NCBI GenBank assembly: GCA_964346665.1 | Contig: CAYFVC010000035.1 | Location: 1 to 40,062, forward strand | Reading direction: 5' to 3' | Length of the DNA stretch: 40,062 bases | Source: an uncultured archaeon | Lineage (GTDB): Archaea; Aenigmatarchaeota; Aenigmatarchaeia; QMZP01; QMZT01 | Shown: piece by piece, positions 12,001 through 17,500 of the stretch | Numbering within the stretch: the first letter of the stretch is position 1 | How the letters are laid out: every line of letters starts with the position of its first letter | The notes under the pieces: generated by a model | Told to the model about the DNA's origin: nothing | The model's input: only the letters and a program-made list of their open reading frames with translations | Databases searched by the model: none | Made by a program: the position numbers and the translations under genes

Positions 12001-12927
12001 GGAGCCGGCAAAACAGTTTCAGCGATGATAGTGGCGGAAGAACTTTTGAAGAGAGGTGTCCCTATCATCGTTTTCGACCCGACCGCCCAGTGGACAGGGT
12101 TCATGAAAGCATGCAGGGATAAGAGGATGTTTGATATCTACCCGAATTTCGGCCTTAAACCAGAGGACGCGAAGGCGTTCAAGACCAACATCGTTCTGGT
12201 GACAGACCCCGAAATGGAGGTGGACGTACAGAAGTACAGAAAACCTGGGGAAATAACGGTATTCGTTATGAACAGACTTGAACCCGGACAGATAGATAAA
12301 TTTGTTAGGAAAACAGTTTCTTCTGTGTTCCGCGCCGCACTTCCGGAGGAGAGGGAGATAAAGTTACTTCTGGTTTACGATGAGGTCCACAGGCTGCTTC
12401 CGAAGTACGGAGGTAAGGGAGGTTACATCGCGCTGGAAAGGGCTTGCCGAGAGTTCAGGAAGTGGGGAATCGGTGTGTTCATGATCTCCCAAGTCCTCAT
12501 GGATTTCCGAGGGGCGATACGTGCTAACATCGCCACGGAAATACAATTGAGGACGAAGTACGAAGGTGACATAGGAAGGGTGAAGACAAAATACGGAACG
12601 GATTACGCATCCAAGGTCGTGAAACTCACGACAGGAACAGCGTTAGTACAGAACCCAGCCTTCAACGAGGGTAAACCGTATTTCATAAGTTTCCGTCCGC
12701 TTCTTCACAACACTGGAAGGTTAACGGATAAGGAGATAAACAAGTACGTGAAAATCCAGAAGGAAATAGAGAAAATAGAGAAAAGGGTCGAGGCGATGAA
12801 AGCGAGAAAGGTCGACACAACAGACATAGAGATTGAACTCAACCTCGCGAAGGACAAGATGAAGGCAGGGCAGTTCACAATGGCCGAAAGCTACATAGGA
12901 TCATTGAAAGCCAGGCTAAAAGTGTAA
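1..12927 (+). CDS. Giant single-pass surface glycoprotein (>4,306 aa, probably truncated at the window start) with a C-terminal cytoplasmic HerA/FtsK-superfamily (DUF87-like) P-loop ATPase domain
   Basis: Uninterrupted 12.9-kb frame that is open to position 1 (GTT ATA ATG...). There is no signal peptide after the first Met, and a super-repeat unit begins at the window edge, so the real start is probably upstream. The extracellular part is made of Ig-like/CARDB-like repeats with about one N-X-S/T sequon per 10 aa. One TM helix and a polybasic stretch follow, then Walker A/B motifs and a terminal coiled coil. Confidence 0.85.
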   Translation, partial: VIMNSTLINTLIIPQGKEVLRGSNLTIQVRVNDSCDNNITDANLTIRMVSNKTSETFNCSDITHVGNGYYNCTFNTSANPGVMPAKGYEIIINSSKESYMSDTISVNYSSSSSFFIETKPVIENNSWNLTPSDDWGWGETYTFTVNVSDEDDDNMTVEIWVNVSGGWNNIYTNSTVNGVNKTVTYIYDAFDNDDIGNRQYVINVTDDGDHPRTGGISYNDSTPIENFTIYKDDISFEILLGDGDIVQRITGSFTFRVRGWDIDKDPNETISDVRGRFWYTKDGVTWSVSTERFTDTDDNLTFESSEISFDCSFLVGPQKWKAEMYDNTYYKDTNSTNISWTIFTTPLNATMWLSSDHYLRGVDNVTMTANVTETDGCGQVSGATVFFNVTDDNQQQVHTCTGQEISSGIYECNITPSTHAGWSSGFYNVTANITKTYYNGTSLDGDETETFFLATSPYFQSLQAIRSGGSGSTGGWGETWEFQANLLDPDSNYNNVSLYANLTGGWEKINETYTTPKLVRFRGHQFNCSVLQGQSTSQKQFNFTSIDVWNYMSSSVANFTLEKDDTSATASSPYGVTINRDFDDNETLEIYIRDTDNGSSIVGSGVEGAFWTMTNESDPPSQDGSYILAKINYTDSSGYLRYTFNPNCSYGVGDLYWRAGTYYNDTCYKGASSAISGYNTGARLMIIKGQLKTNLTDPNATEASNILVGDNVTFRFGVPTDCSGIGINESYQTGLSLVLLELQNPESGWENCTQGGGINDEGNGWYNCTWETKGHKGGNYTVRITVKSSLDYNDNITILTNYTYLNNTPPDYGNFSVSPSEDGWGAVYNYSVDIWDAQEDNVTCKLFVKTNNYGGQWILKNSTIVYGGRSKCSFLVSDFDCQDIGDDSVNAYMFEFDDETTIFNTTNQSGPNITIDSVEISYYYGNLSEINRSDDEPNSTALLMVFVNDTDKDQPADANVTFWVTIDSSDPNSWDSGNVTITNSSGIANVSFNPECTPQYTVGNHSWKAGVTDGCYAEVNITEDLNLTIYGTLKTTIKTTELPTGTEVLRGDNITEQIYVSSDCFTDVDDANTTIELIHEDSITVYNCTPMYSISSGEYECIWNTTGMKAKWYDTRANSFRDLYNMNTTTLENHFFIKTKPVLSNETADKDPAGWGENRSFSVTVNDDDLDNVTVELYIKCLETVGGSCPGIYSDNDWHWENDVTLESPVNETTQLSVSDNFYGIGCPTTGNWSYRFNATDIPHDYEDSTTPHNFTVEKNDVIYEPISGYDNETVWRNGSDSIVLKVRVYDNDSKSYAGSANATVWVTKNASDPDSWDIGKHIDVDGSGYINYSFFDDGEMPMHECNYTVGFHNWTAGIGGINEDTCYKTSNSSIYNLSVWSDLRPIIVKPLATEGFLQGDLINISGYVEDDCSWRMPYGVEGVTIDPSSGTQRFILKAYVPFDLYRYCSTNWQEGEGYYNCTWDSATQQRVLWNITMSIDKDYYAPNSTTEIEAFHLGNNPYLTTPAGVSPTVEGWGYNFTLYVRFGDADQNPNNISLWKSFDNQTWEHVSTKTDVVSSGKNLNFREKFTCADSLPTPGRINYYKFNVTDPYGYTDEIYPGTFNLTEDSVTLFINYSESSDNIRRLGNDQALLKFRIRDDDYSYLNPNGSHYPTGADGLVWVTSNGTNYTNVLNCTSNDGHCEVDYDPNCSTSEVGIQYWKGGTNDTCYEYENSTNETLEVVGQLNISIVNPTENVILNRNTTAVFNATVYDDCDLSINDSTVIWYNESWYNLTSGYNTTWFVPYNYPLGPDVIRANTSRTYYDGNTNSTSVYIYGWAELDSMYPPNGTVDLAGDVKTIKCHLRDANTLKNITNYTVAFYVNEEYQESKNTSNQSGEEGNASFLFSTNRPGGWYNLTCAINSSSYWYYNVSTPNITKEVRISRPLIIDQIVRDPSDGKIYRNDSSGYSPNQVNITVHLKDADLPGEGADNATVWFYNHSQAYIGNCTTNASGWCNESVSWNPVDTITPNYYTIYINATKPGTNENSTTNTTTIDVMGVYIANITSPANGSQYGRGDLISFNASIRDENWNWFIGGTNWVYWYNDTGDHIETTVSGEQSSFDSSTQAPGFRNFTARSEPGLPHYYAENDTVTVHITGWADVVWVYPPHLSSVTYPYTFQRICRVVDYVTSVGIENYPINFSYLNETLGEWVYNGTYLTNSTGYANASWTPWDKGNVTFNCTIWDNSSLEYTTNIASVSATIWVKDNVPPTIENVSIIPNQSMEAWMNTTNISADVTDDYAVDSGGVWAYIGLPNGSYENKTMSFVENNTYRYEYLPKLNGTYNVTVYAKDEGPENNVNHSDVYYFEVWGKATGKVDQIGYVYAGGITQTSDFKFNLTINFTNLGPPNAYYVNLTIYDDSPGYVSYNETSYYCGNMTNGSFCSWTLEVTILPATPPTGIYIYGNASWMDPDKTDASVINSTYVVVASNPIIEIIETGINKTVMHDKTTYIDNITVYSSGNDRVNEISLSNLGGNFDYDCYDCGLMMVPDSQDDLAAGYNFTSHIWVTIPKGKSPGIYWTYIVVNSSNGGSDEYLLNLTVEPNASWTRTPDSFPTVIAQPNTNGLVGRVNVTNHGNVKIYFETSRREAAASLLIVTPEGFASEKLSKRVINISYSVPLAYPEDMYYGIVAIRNDTLPADPVERTVSFWLNVTDLPPNVTDYSVIPTEFEVGYETVYINATIVDNVAVDKGWIDVERPGDISYSYVSKQIHSSSGDPGFNYTEGINYSGIMQYFNITIYNQNESFVYVNITVNGLLIASNQSIENSTNFTIDAVQESVSFALPGNQTINITVQNSSGDLINSAYTSWLSYSLRIGETYKKIMDRNASEFNTTYWTNISGIHDLRICANDTSSKIGCTSIIYLTAAGNTSIAISPNVTVINVTNMTIYQGEDIHIEFNISNVGYARAYNITMNISYPENWSATPENFSFGTLYKTNISSNFTLISVPPFTLPGEYLVNFTANWINLNISYNGTNTTSILVNVTANPVLDLQDRIPETGEVVIMSGGTKNETFNVTSIGNVNVTNVNFSCQSGEVCENFTDPSPFYPSNISVLLVNQTEFVNISISIPPEYPAGYYNGTILANGTSTWDSSYIYVNIPENISWTQDPNNITKEVIQGTQGNFGTITVRNNGNVFVRLAVVQYNWGLGTYVTFYPNQLELDIGETKYIYLNYNAPVVYSLTSYTGTLWTYNETADPSYHDTLLNLTIHPYFVDIISPTEANPKLNVSPSDEIEARINITYGNSSVNESMTFNLSLSNSTTLVYVDMTNVSYNSSEGLWYVNFTAPNFALQKGYDLNVTAIYSKTPVSNVTYYDFEAKAVIYRDDIQPTILISVPPRVPANTTAVIYANVTDPGGVENASIVVYDPDSIAEYGDMTFLYRYVDTYVYKYDYTNTSKVGVYNVNVTGCDKSGNCNSTNRTFEIYVGAWFSGYAKDIVRTGNPVINQSFWFYDDIQYGNLLINFSSDPDTGYYNESIDARMYDLKVDFWNDSVSLLNIPLLQDVHNPIQFGSVTNLNRISAGGAGVYRSVVVNNSLNYSTGSITLNYSSFENVAILGNLTIYHCPSFGVNVVQICTSSWTRMSSSLNITTTSLTANTTNLQGVFAIANFICGDGECDEDYGESIANCPQDCEIPIPPPPVTPGVGGRGARVEVPPSVPQVPVEIKSTLIFVTLRPGEHEIHSIDVTNNLGTGIVVETSVTGNAWELVQIEKPVMNVSARSTGVLKVKLYALPTTQAGIYTGDIISKVRYRNITHITPVTIKVEIPPEPLLDVKVKALTKTVEPGGNLKFEVTLMNMGPTATIDDIVVIYEIKGLETERVITKSSETLAVENVKSFTKTIPIPWDTPQDRYMVEVNVTYWYGKKSAFSVDSFDVFVLPAPLALLRAVFMHWLTYVVVFMLIPGFYFGRRLYMIWMEKKRRRRRYIFPIDFKKLPKTGPDSILVGKIAETDVKAYVDTKALMMHSLSAGATGAGKTVSAMIVAEELLKRGVPIIVFDPTAQWTGFMKACRDKRMFDIYPNFGLKPEDAKAFKTNIVLVTDPEMEVDVQKYRKPGEITVFVMNRLEPGQIDKFVRKTVSSVFRAALPEEREIKLLLVYDEVHRLLPKYGGKGGYIALERACREFRKWGIGVFMISQVLMDFRGAIRANIATEIQLRTKYEGDIGRVKTKYGTDYASKVVKLTTGTALVQNPAFNEGKPYFISFRPLLHNTGRLTDKEINKYVKIQKEIEKIEKRVEAMKARKVDTTDIEIELNLAKDKMKAGQFTMAESYIGSLKARLKV
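7..5175 (+). repeat. Five tandem protein-level super-repeats (342-351 aa, about 1.03 kb each) inside the giant ORF
   Basis: Units start at nt ~19, 1039, 2071, 3097 and 4150; a different module starts at 5176. Each unit keeps the same motif order. First comes a Cys-containing domain (D.C ... Y.C ... G.Y.C.W[NDE][TS]). Second comes FF[IL].T.P ... GWG[E] ... DN.T[VC][EK]. Third comes F[TN]..KDD ... [VF]W[VY]T..SDP.SWD ... W[KRT][AG]G ...[DN][TG]CY. The units are divergent at the DNA level. Confidence 0.8.
11746..11811 (+). other. Single transmembrane helix of giant protein 1, followed by a polybasic stop-transfer stretch
   Basis: AVFMHWLTYVVVFMLIPGFYFG is followed by RRLYMIWMEKKRRRRRY (to nt 11862). 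By the positive-inside rule the downstream part is cytoplasmic. N-X-S/T sequons stop completely after this point. Confidence 0.75.
11860..12720 (+). other. HerA/FtsK-superfamily (DUF87/VirB4/CedB-like) ATPase domain
   Basis: Walker A AGATGAGKT (11989-12015) sits in the context LMMHSLSAGATGAGKTV...GVPIIVFDPTAQW. Walker B is LLLVYDE-VHRLLP (12364-12384). GIGVFMISQVLMDF...ANIATEIQLRT matches the HerA-type xxSQrP...T.i.lr pattern as I remember it. A coiled coil follows at 12720-12924. Confidence 0.7.
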
Positions 12928-12950
12928 TAAGCGTAATTCGCTCACATCTA

Positions 12951-12957
12951 TTTATTT
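12951..12957 (+). promoter_or_regulatory. TATA-like box (TTTATTT) 22-28 nt upstream of the ATG at 12979
   Basis: A/T box in a 51-nt intergenic spacer. The spacing fits an archaeal leaderless or short-leader transcript. Confidence 0.3.
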
Positions 12958-12978
12958 GATTGTATTTAATTAATTATT

Positions 12979-14523
12979 ATGAGGAGAAGGGTGAAAAAAG
13001 GTAGGGTAAAGAGGAAACCGAGAAGAAAAATTTCTGCAAAAAAAGCGGAAGAAATTCCTAAATTAACGGAAAGCCTTGAACATTTAATGCACCAGAAAGA
13101 GGAGATACGTGCTTTGCTTTCTTCGCTGGAGGATGCGTACAGCGAGGCTACTATTATGGAGGAGGACTACAGAGAAATCAAATCCAAGAATCTTACGAGA
13201 CTTGAGGAGATAAACAAGAAGATAGAGACTTTGAAAAGGGAGGGGGTGAAACCTAAACCCCCGCCAAGACCAGAAATCCCGGTGGTCGAACCTCCGACTG
13301 CAGTCCCTGTTGAGGCACCTCCGATTCCTGCTGCTCCCCCTGTTGTTGTTGAGGAGAAGGTTGAGAGAAAACCAAAGAAAAAGAAGGGATTAGTGAGCCC
13401 AGAGGATCTGAAAAAGCTAGAAGTGGACCTCGCAGAAAGAGTAAAGGAAATGGTGGAGGACATAGGGGCAAAGGTATCCGAAAAGGATGTTCTTGAGATA
13501 AAGAACAAATTCACCAGATTCGATACGGAAATAGAGAAGATGAAAGCGTTGATCGAAACCGTAAGGGAAGGTAAAAAGGTTTCTGATGAAAAGATCCAGA
13601 GGGTTGTGGAAGGCCTCGCTGAGATCCGAACCATGGTCTACGGAAGGGAGGCTTCCATGAAGGAGTGGGAGGTCAAACTGGAAAAGGTTATGGATATCAT
13701 GAACAGGGTCGAACCGGAAAAGATAATGATGGAGATGGGAAGAAGGGACAAGGAAGTGGAAAATCAGAATTTGAGGATAAACAAGCTTGAGGAAATGACA
13801 AAGGAGTTTGGGGAAATGGTTAAAAATATAGAAAAGGTTTTGCGCGACATAGGGAGTCTGGAAAATGTTGTTAAGGTAAGTAGCGATGCTTCTGAAAAAT
13901 TGATGAACATGCAGAATATCGAAAGGAATAACCAGAAGATGTTAGATAAAATTCAGGGTCTTTATGCTGAACTCAGCAAACGAATGGAGGAATTCATGCT
14001 TTATCGAGCTAAGCAAGATCGGATGGAGGATTTGATTAATGAGATGCTGAAAAACCTTGACGACATCAACACTAAGGCCGCGTACTTCGTAACGAGGGAT
14101 GATTTAGAGTCGTTCAGGGCGAGCATGCAGGCTGCCGCTCCCTCCGCACCTTCACCAAAAGATGAACTAAGTGATTTAAAATCAGAGAAGGAAGAAATAG
14201 AAATGCTCATGAAATCGTTAGAGGAGGAGTTCAAGGGCGTTGCGATTTCGAAGGAAGAGTACGAAAAAATGAAGAATGCGAATTTAGCAAAACTTAAGGA
14301 GATAGAGGGGAAAATAAAGGAAGCTGAAAAGGGGAAGGTTTTGGGAGCGATCAAAGAGGGGAAACCAGAGGGAAAGCCAAAGAAAATCGAAAGGGGAATA
14401 CCCCCAGAAGAAAAGGGGAAGGAAGAAATGCTTTTGAAGGATCTGGAAGAGACCTTCAAAAAGGGGTTCATAAGCAAGGAAGCGTATGAGAAAACCAAGA
14501 AGATGATTTTGAGAAAAGGGTGA
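12979..14523 (+). CDS. Cytoplasmic coiled-coil protein with a polybasic N-terminus, a Pro-rich linker and three SHOCT-like motifs
   Basis: ATG start and no TM segment. N-terminus is MRRRVKKGRVKRKPRRK; linker is KPKPPPRPEIPVVEPPTAVPVEAPPIPAAPP. The central part is E/K-rich with heptad character. SHOCT-like L..LE..[YF]k.g.IS.E.Y...K motifs lie at 13114-13203, 14206-14295 and 14431-14520. The TGA stop overlaps the GTG start of the next gene. Confidence 0.8.
   Translation: MRRRVKKGRVKRKPRRKISAKKAEEIPKLTESLEHLMHQKEEIRALLSSLEDAYSEATIMEEDYREIKSKNLTRLEEINKKIETLKREGVKPKPPPRPEIPVVEPPTAVPVEAPPIPAAPPVVVEEKVERKPKKKKGLVSPEDLKKLEVDLAERVKEMVEDIGAKVSEKDVLEIKNKFTRFDTEIEKMKALIETVREGKKVSDEKIQRVVEGLAEIRTMVYGREASMKEWEVKLEKVMDIMNRVEPEKIMMEMGRRDKEVENQNLRINKLEEMTKEFGEMVKNIEKVLRDIGSLENVVKVSSDASEKLMNMQNIERNNQKMLDKIQGLYAELSKRMEEFMLYRAKQDRMEDLINEMLKNLDDINTKAAYFVTRDDLESFRASMQAAAPSAPSPKDELSDLKSEKEEIEMLMKSLEEEFKGVAISKEEYEKMKNANLAKLKEIEGKIKEAEKGKVLGAIKEGKPEGKPKKIERGIPPEEKGKEEMLLKDLEETFKKGFISKEAYEKTKKMILRKG
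13114..13203 (+). other. SHOCT-like motif copy 1 (LLSSLEDAYSEATIMEEDYREIKSKNLTRL)
   Basis: Read from the translation. Resembles the SHOCT pattern (L..L..L...G.It.eEye..K..LL) recalled from memory. Confidence 0.45.
14206..14295 (+). other. SHOCT-like motif copy 2 (LMKSLEEEFKGVAISKEEYEKMKNANLAKL)
   Basis: Read from the translation. This is the closest match to the SHOCT pattern. Confidence 0.5.
14431..14520 (+). other. SHOCT-like motif copy 3 (LLKDLEETFKKGFISKEAYEKTKKMILRKG) at the extreme C-terminus
   Basis: Read from the translation. A C-terminal position is typical for SHOCT. Confidence 0.5.
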
Positions 14524-17500
14524 GTGAAATCCGCCACGGCAAATTGATTTTGGCGTTTGTGATCTTAGGAGTTTTCATGGTTTTGAATTTGGTTAGCACG
14601 TACTCTCAATCTTACGATTATGAATGGTGGGACGTTCGCTGGCGTTACAGAATCGGTTTGGAAATAAACAACACCGGTTACGAAAGAACGGACTGGCCCA
14701 TAGAATACGAAATGAACTTCACAAATATTCTGGAGGGTATGAACGTAACCGGGACGTTCGATGAGAATTCCACCCGCGTGATAGAATACAACTCAACAGG
14801 TTCTATTCTTCATGAGCTCCCCTCCCAATTCGATAAAGGTGAAGGTTATGATCCAGCCACGAATGCTTTCGGAACGATAGTTTTTGAAATGAACGGGACC
14901 ACGCCTGCGGATGAAAAACGTTATTTCTACATTTATTTCGATATAACGGAAAATGATGACAAAGACCAGCCGAGCTATTCAACTGACCTTGTTTACAATT
15001 ACACTGGAAGCGTCTCGGAATTCAATGTGAACAACTCGCTTTTCCAATGGTGGATTGACACAGAAAGAGGGGAGAACACATCAGGTATTTACCATGTTAA
15101 GGATATTTATGCAGGAGAAAATGAAGTATTGCTGACCGATCCCTCAGACAACAGGACAGCCGAGTACTCCGAATTCTCGAATGCGAGCGATACATTCGGG
15201 TTCGACTTCAGGAACAACGCAACCTTCAAATATGTGGGACCTGTTAGAATTGTTGTTGAGCAGAAGGGTTACGAAATCTTCTGGAACCAACCAGATAACA
15301 AAACTAATGAAGGGTATATGATAAAAAGATACACGTTCTACCGGGAAATCGACTGGATTAAGATTGAACAGATATTTGTTAACAACGCCAGTTATAACAT
15401 AACGAGAAATTCAACCGTTGCCGGTGCCTTTGCTGTTTACGTTAACTATACATTCAACTACGGGTCAGGTTATTCTACCATGTCGGACACGAACGATCCA
15501 GGATCTTACGGATGGGCGGTGCAGGACGGGGGACAGGTGTGGATAGGGATTGTGAATAAATACGAAAACGGAACAAATAACTTCTTCGGCCTTGAGGACA
15601 CCGTAACCGGAAGGATCGGGATACAACTAAACGAAACGAACATGACACTGGGCAGTTCCATAAAACACATCGCCCACCTTCAGTTCAATGCAAGCGGTGA
15701 GGCAGGACAAGAAGATTATTTCAAAAATTTCGTGAACCAGAGCATCACACCTCTCAACATAACTGAACTCACCCCAGAATTTTGGAGTGTTGTGGTTGAG
15801 GGGAAGTTCTACATGAACGGAACGGACGAGGCGAACGTTTTCAACAGGAACGAGAGCGTTATACTATTGGCGAACGTAACCGATCTTTACAACATCTCCA
15901 AAAAAGTGAACGCGAGCTTGGATTTTGGAGTCGGCGAAGTGAACGTAACGCTATACGATGACGGAAACCACAGCGACGGACAGGCGAATGACAAGGTTTA
16001 TGCTAACACGTATAACATAACAGACTCGGATACCTTGGGTTTGTGGAACGTAACGTTTAGGGTATACAACGAAACATGGTATTTGGTTAACATAAGCTGG
16101 TCAACCTTCAACGTAACGGATGTGTATAACGTAACGGTTAACATAACGAATCCCACGGGCTTCACGGACAGGGTAGTGAACACAACTGTTTACGTGAGGA
16201 ATTACAGGAAGGATATTTGGATTGTTAACGCGACTCTGAACTGTTCGTTTGATTCCACAGAAATCCCTCAGGATAACATAACGGACAACGGGAATGGAAC
16301 TTATGATGTAAAGTTCAATGCCCCTGCATACGCAGGCTTGTTCACCCTTAACTGCAGCGCAACTAGAAATAATAACACAGGATGGGGAACGGACGAGTTC
16401 ACTTCAGAGACCTATACTACAAACGTCAGCATATTGAAGATTCCAGAAAACCTAACAGCGGATAACGTCACATCTTATTCGAATCAAACATTCAACATAA
16501 CCATCATCGCCGAGAACATAGCGAACGGGAGTGCGTATAATTCTAACATCACGCTTAATTTCTCAACCCCAAACATAACTGCGAACTTAACTTTTGTATC
16601 ATGCGGAAACATCCTGATAACGAAAAACTGTACGAAAACTTTCCAGATAATAGTTTTCAATGCGACACCTGCAGGAAACTATTCCCTGAACATAAGCGTT
16701 AGGTGGAGGAATTCAAATGGGTCTGTCCCCGGATATAACGAAAGCGTTATGAATATAACTGTCCTTGAAAATCCTATCCTTGACCTTTCGAAAAATTATG
16801 TATTCGGGATGATAGCCATAGGGATGGCGTTGAAAAACATAGATAACTTCACTGTGTATTCGCTGGGTAACGAGCCTCTGCAAAACGTAACGTTCGATGT
16901 TCTAGGTTTCAGTGGTAACTTCACCTTTGAGTTCATCCCCGAAAACTTTTCCTCAATTGGTGTTGGTATTTCGGAAAATGTGGAGATTTGGATTAACTCC
17001 ACAAATGATACTCTACCTGGGGAGTACAACGGAACGATAAACGTAACCAGCGATAACAACGGGTTCGAGATCATAAACGTTACCATCGCTGTTTCAGAAA
17101 CTAACATGACTATCGAAACGGACGTCGATAATTATACCGCTGAAAACGTTACGTGGTATAAAAACGAGACTTTCCCTATTTTCGTCAACACAACAAATAT
17201 AGGGAATGCAACCGCTTATAACGTGAGTCTGATTCTGAATTTCTCAAGTGATAATATAACCGCAAACGTAACCTCCCAAAACTGCGGAAATATCCCGAAG
17301 TCCGGGGTATGCAACTCCTCATTCCTCGTGATAATAAAAAGCGGAACACCTTCCGGGAACTACACCGTAAATGTGAGCGTGGAATGGGAGGATGAAAAAG
17401 GGATAAACACAAACGTAACGACTGTCAACATAACCGTACTTTCGAATATCTTGCTAATTGTACAACCGGATGAATTGTCGGATAATGTTACGCACGGGAC

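Noticed and set aside
385-12546. About 30 short ORFs (60-155 aa) on both strands nested inside the giant ORF
   Set aside because: All lie within a 12.9-kb uninterrupted frame that has clear domain and repeat structure. None has a recognisable motif. Such ORFs are expected by chance in a long gene.
13167-14537. Minus-strand ORFs 13167-13634, 13253-13471 and 14001-14537, antisense to the SHOCT/coiled-coil gene
   Set aside because: This is the same antisense artefact of E/K-rich coding sequence. The products are S/F/L-rich and the ORFs are fully nested in a much better supported gene.
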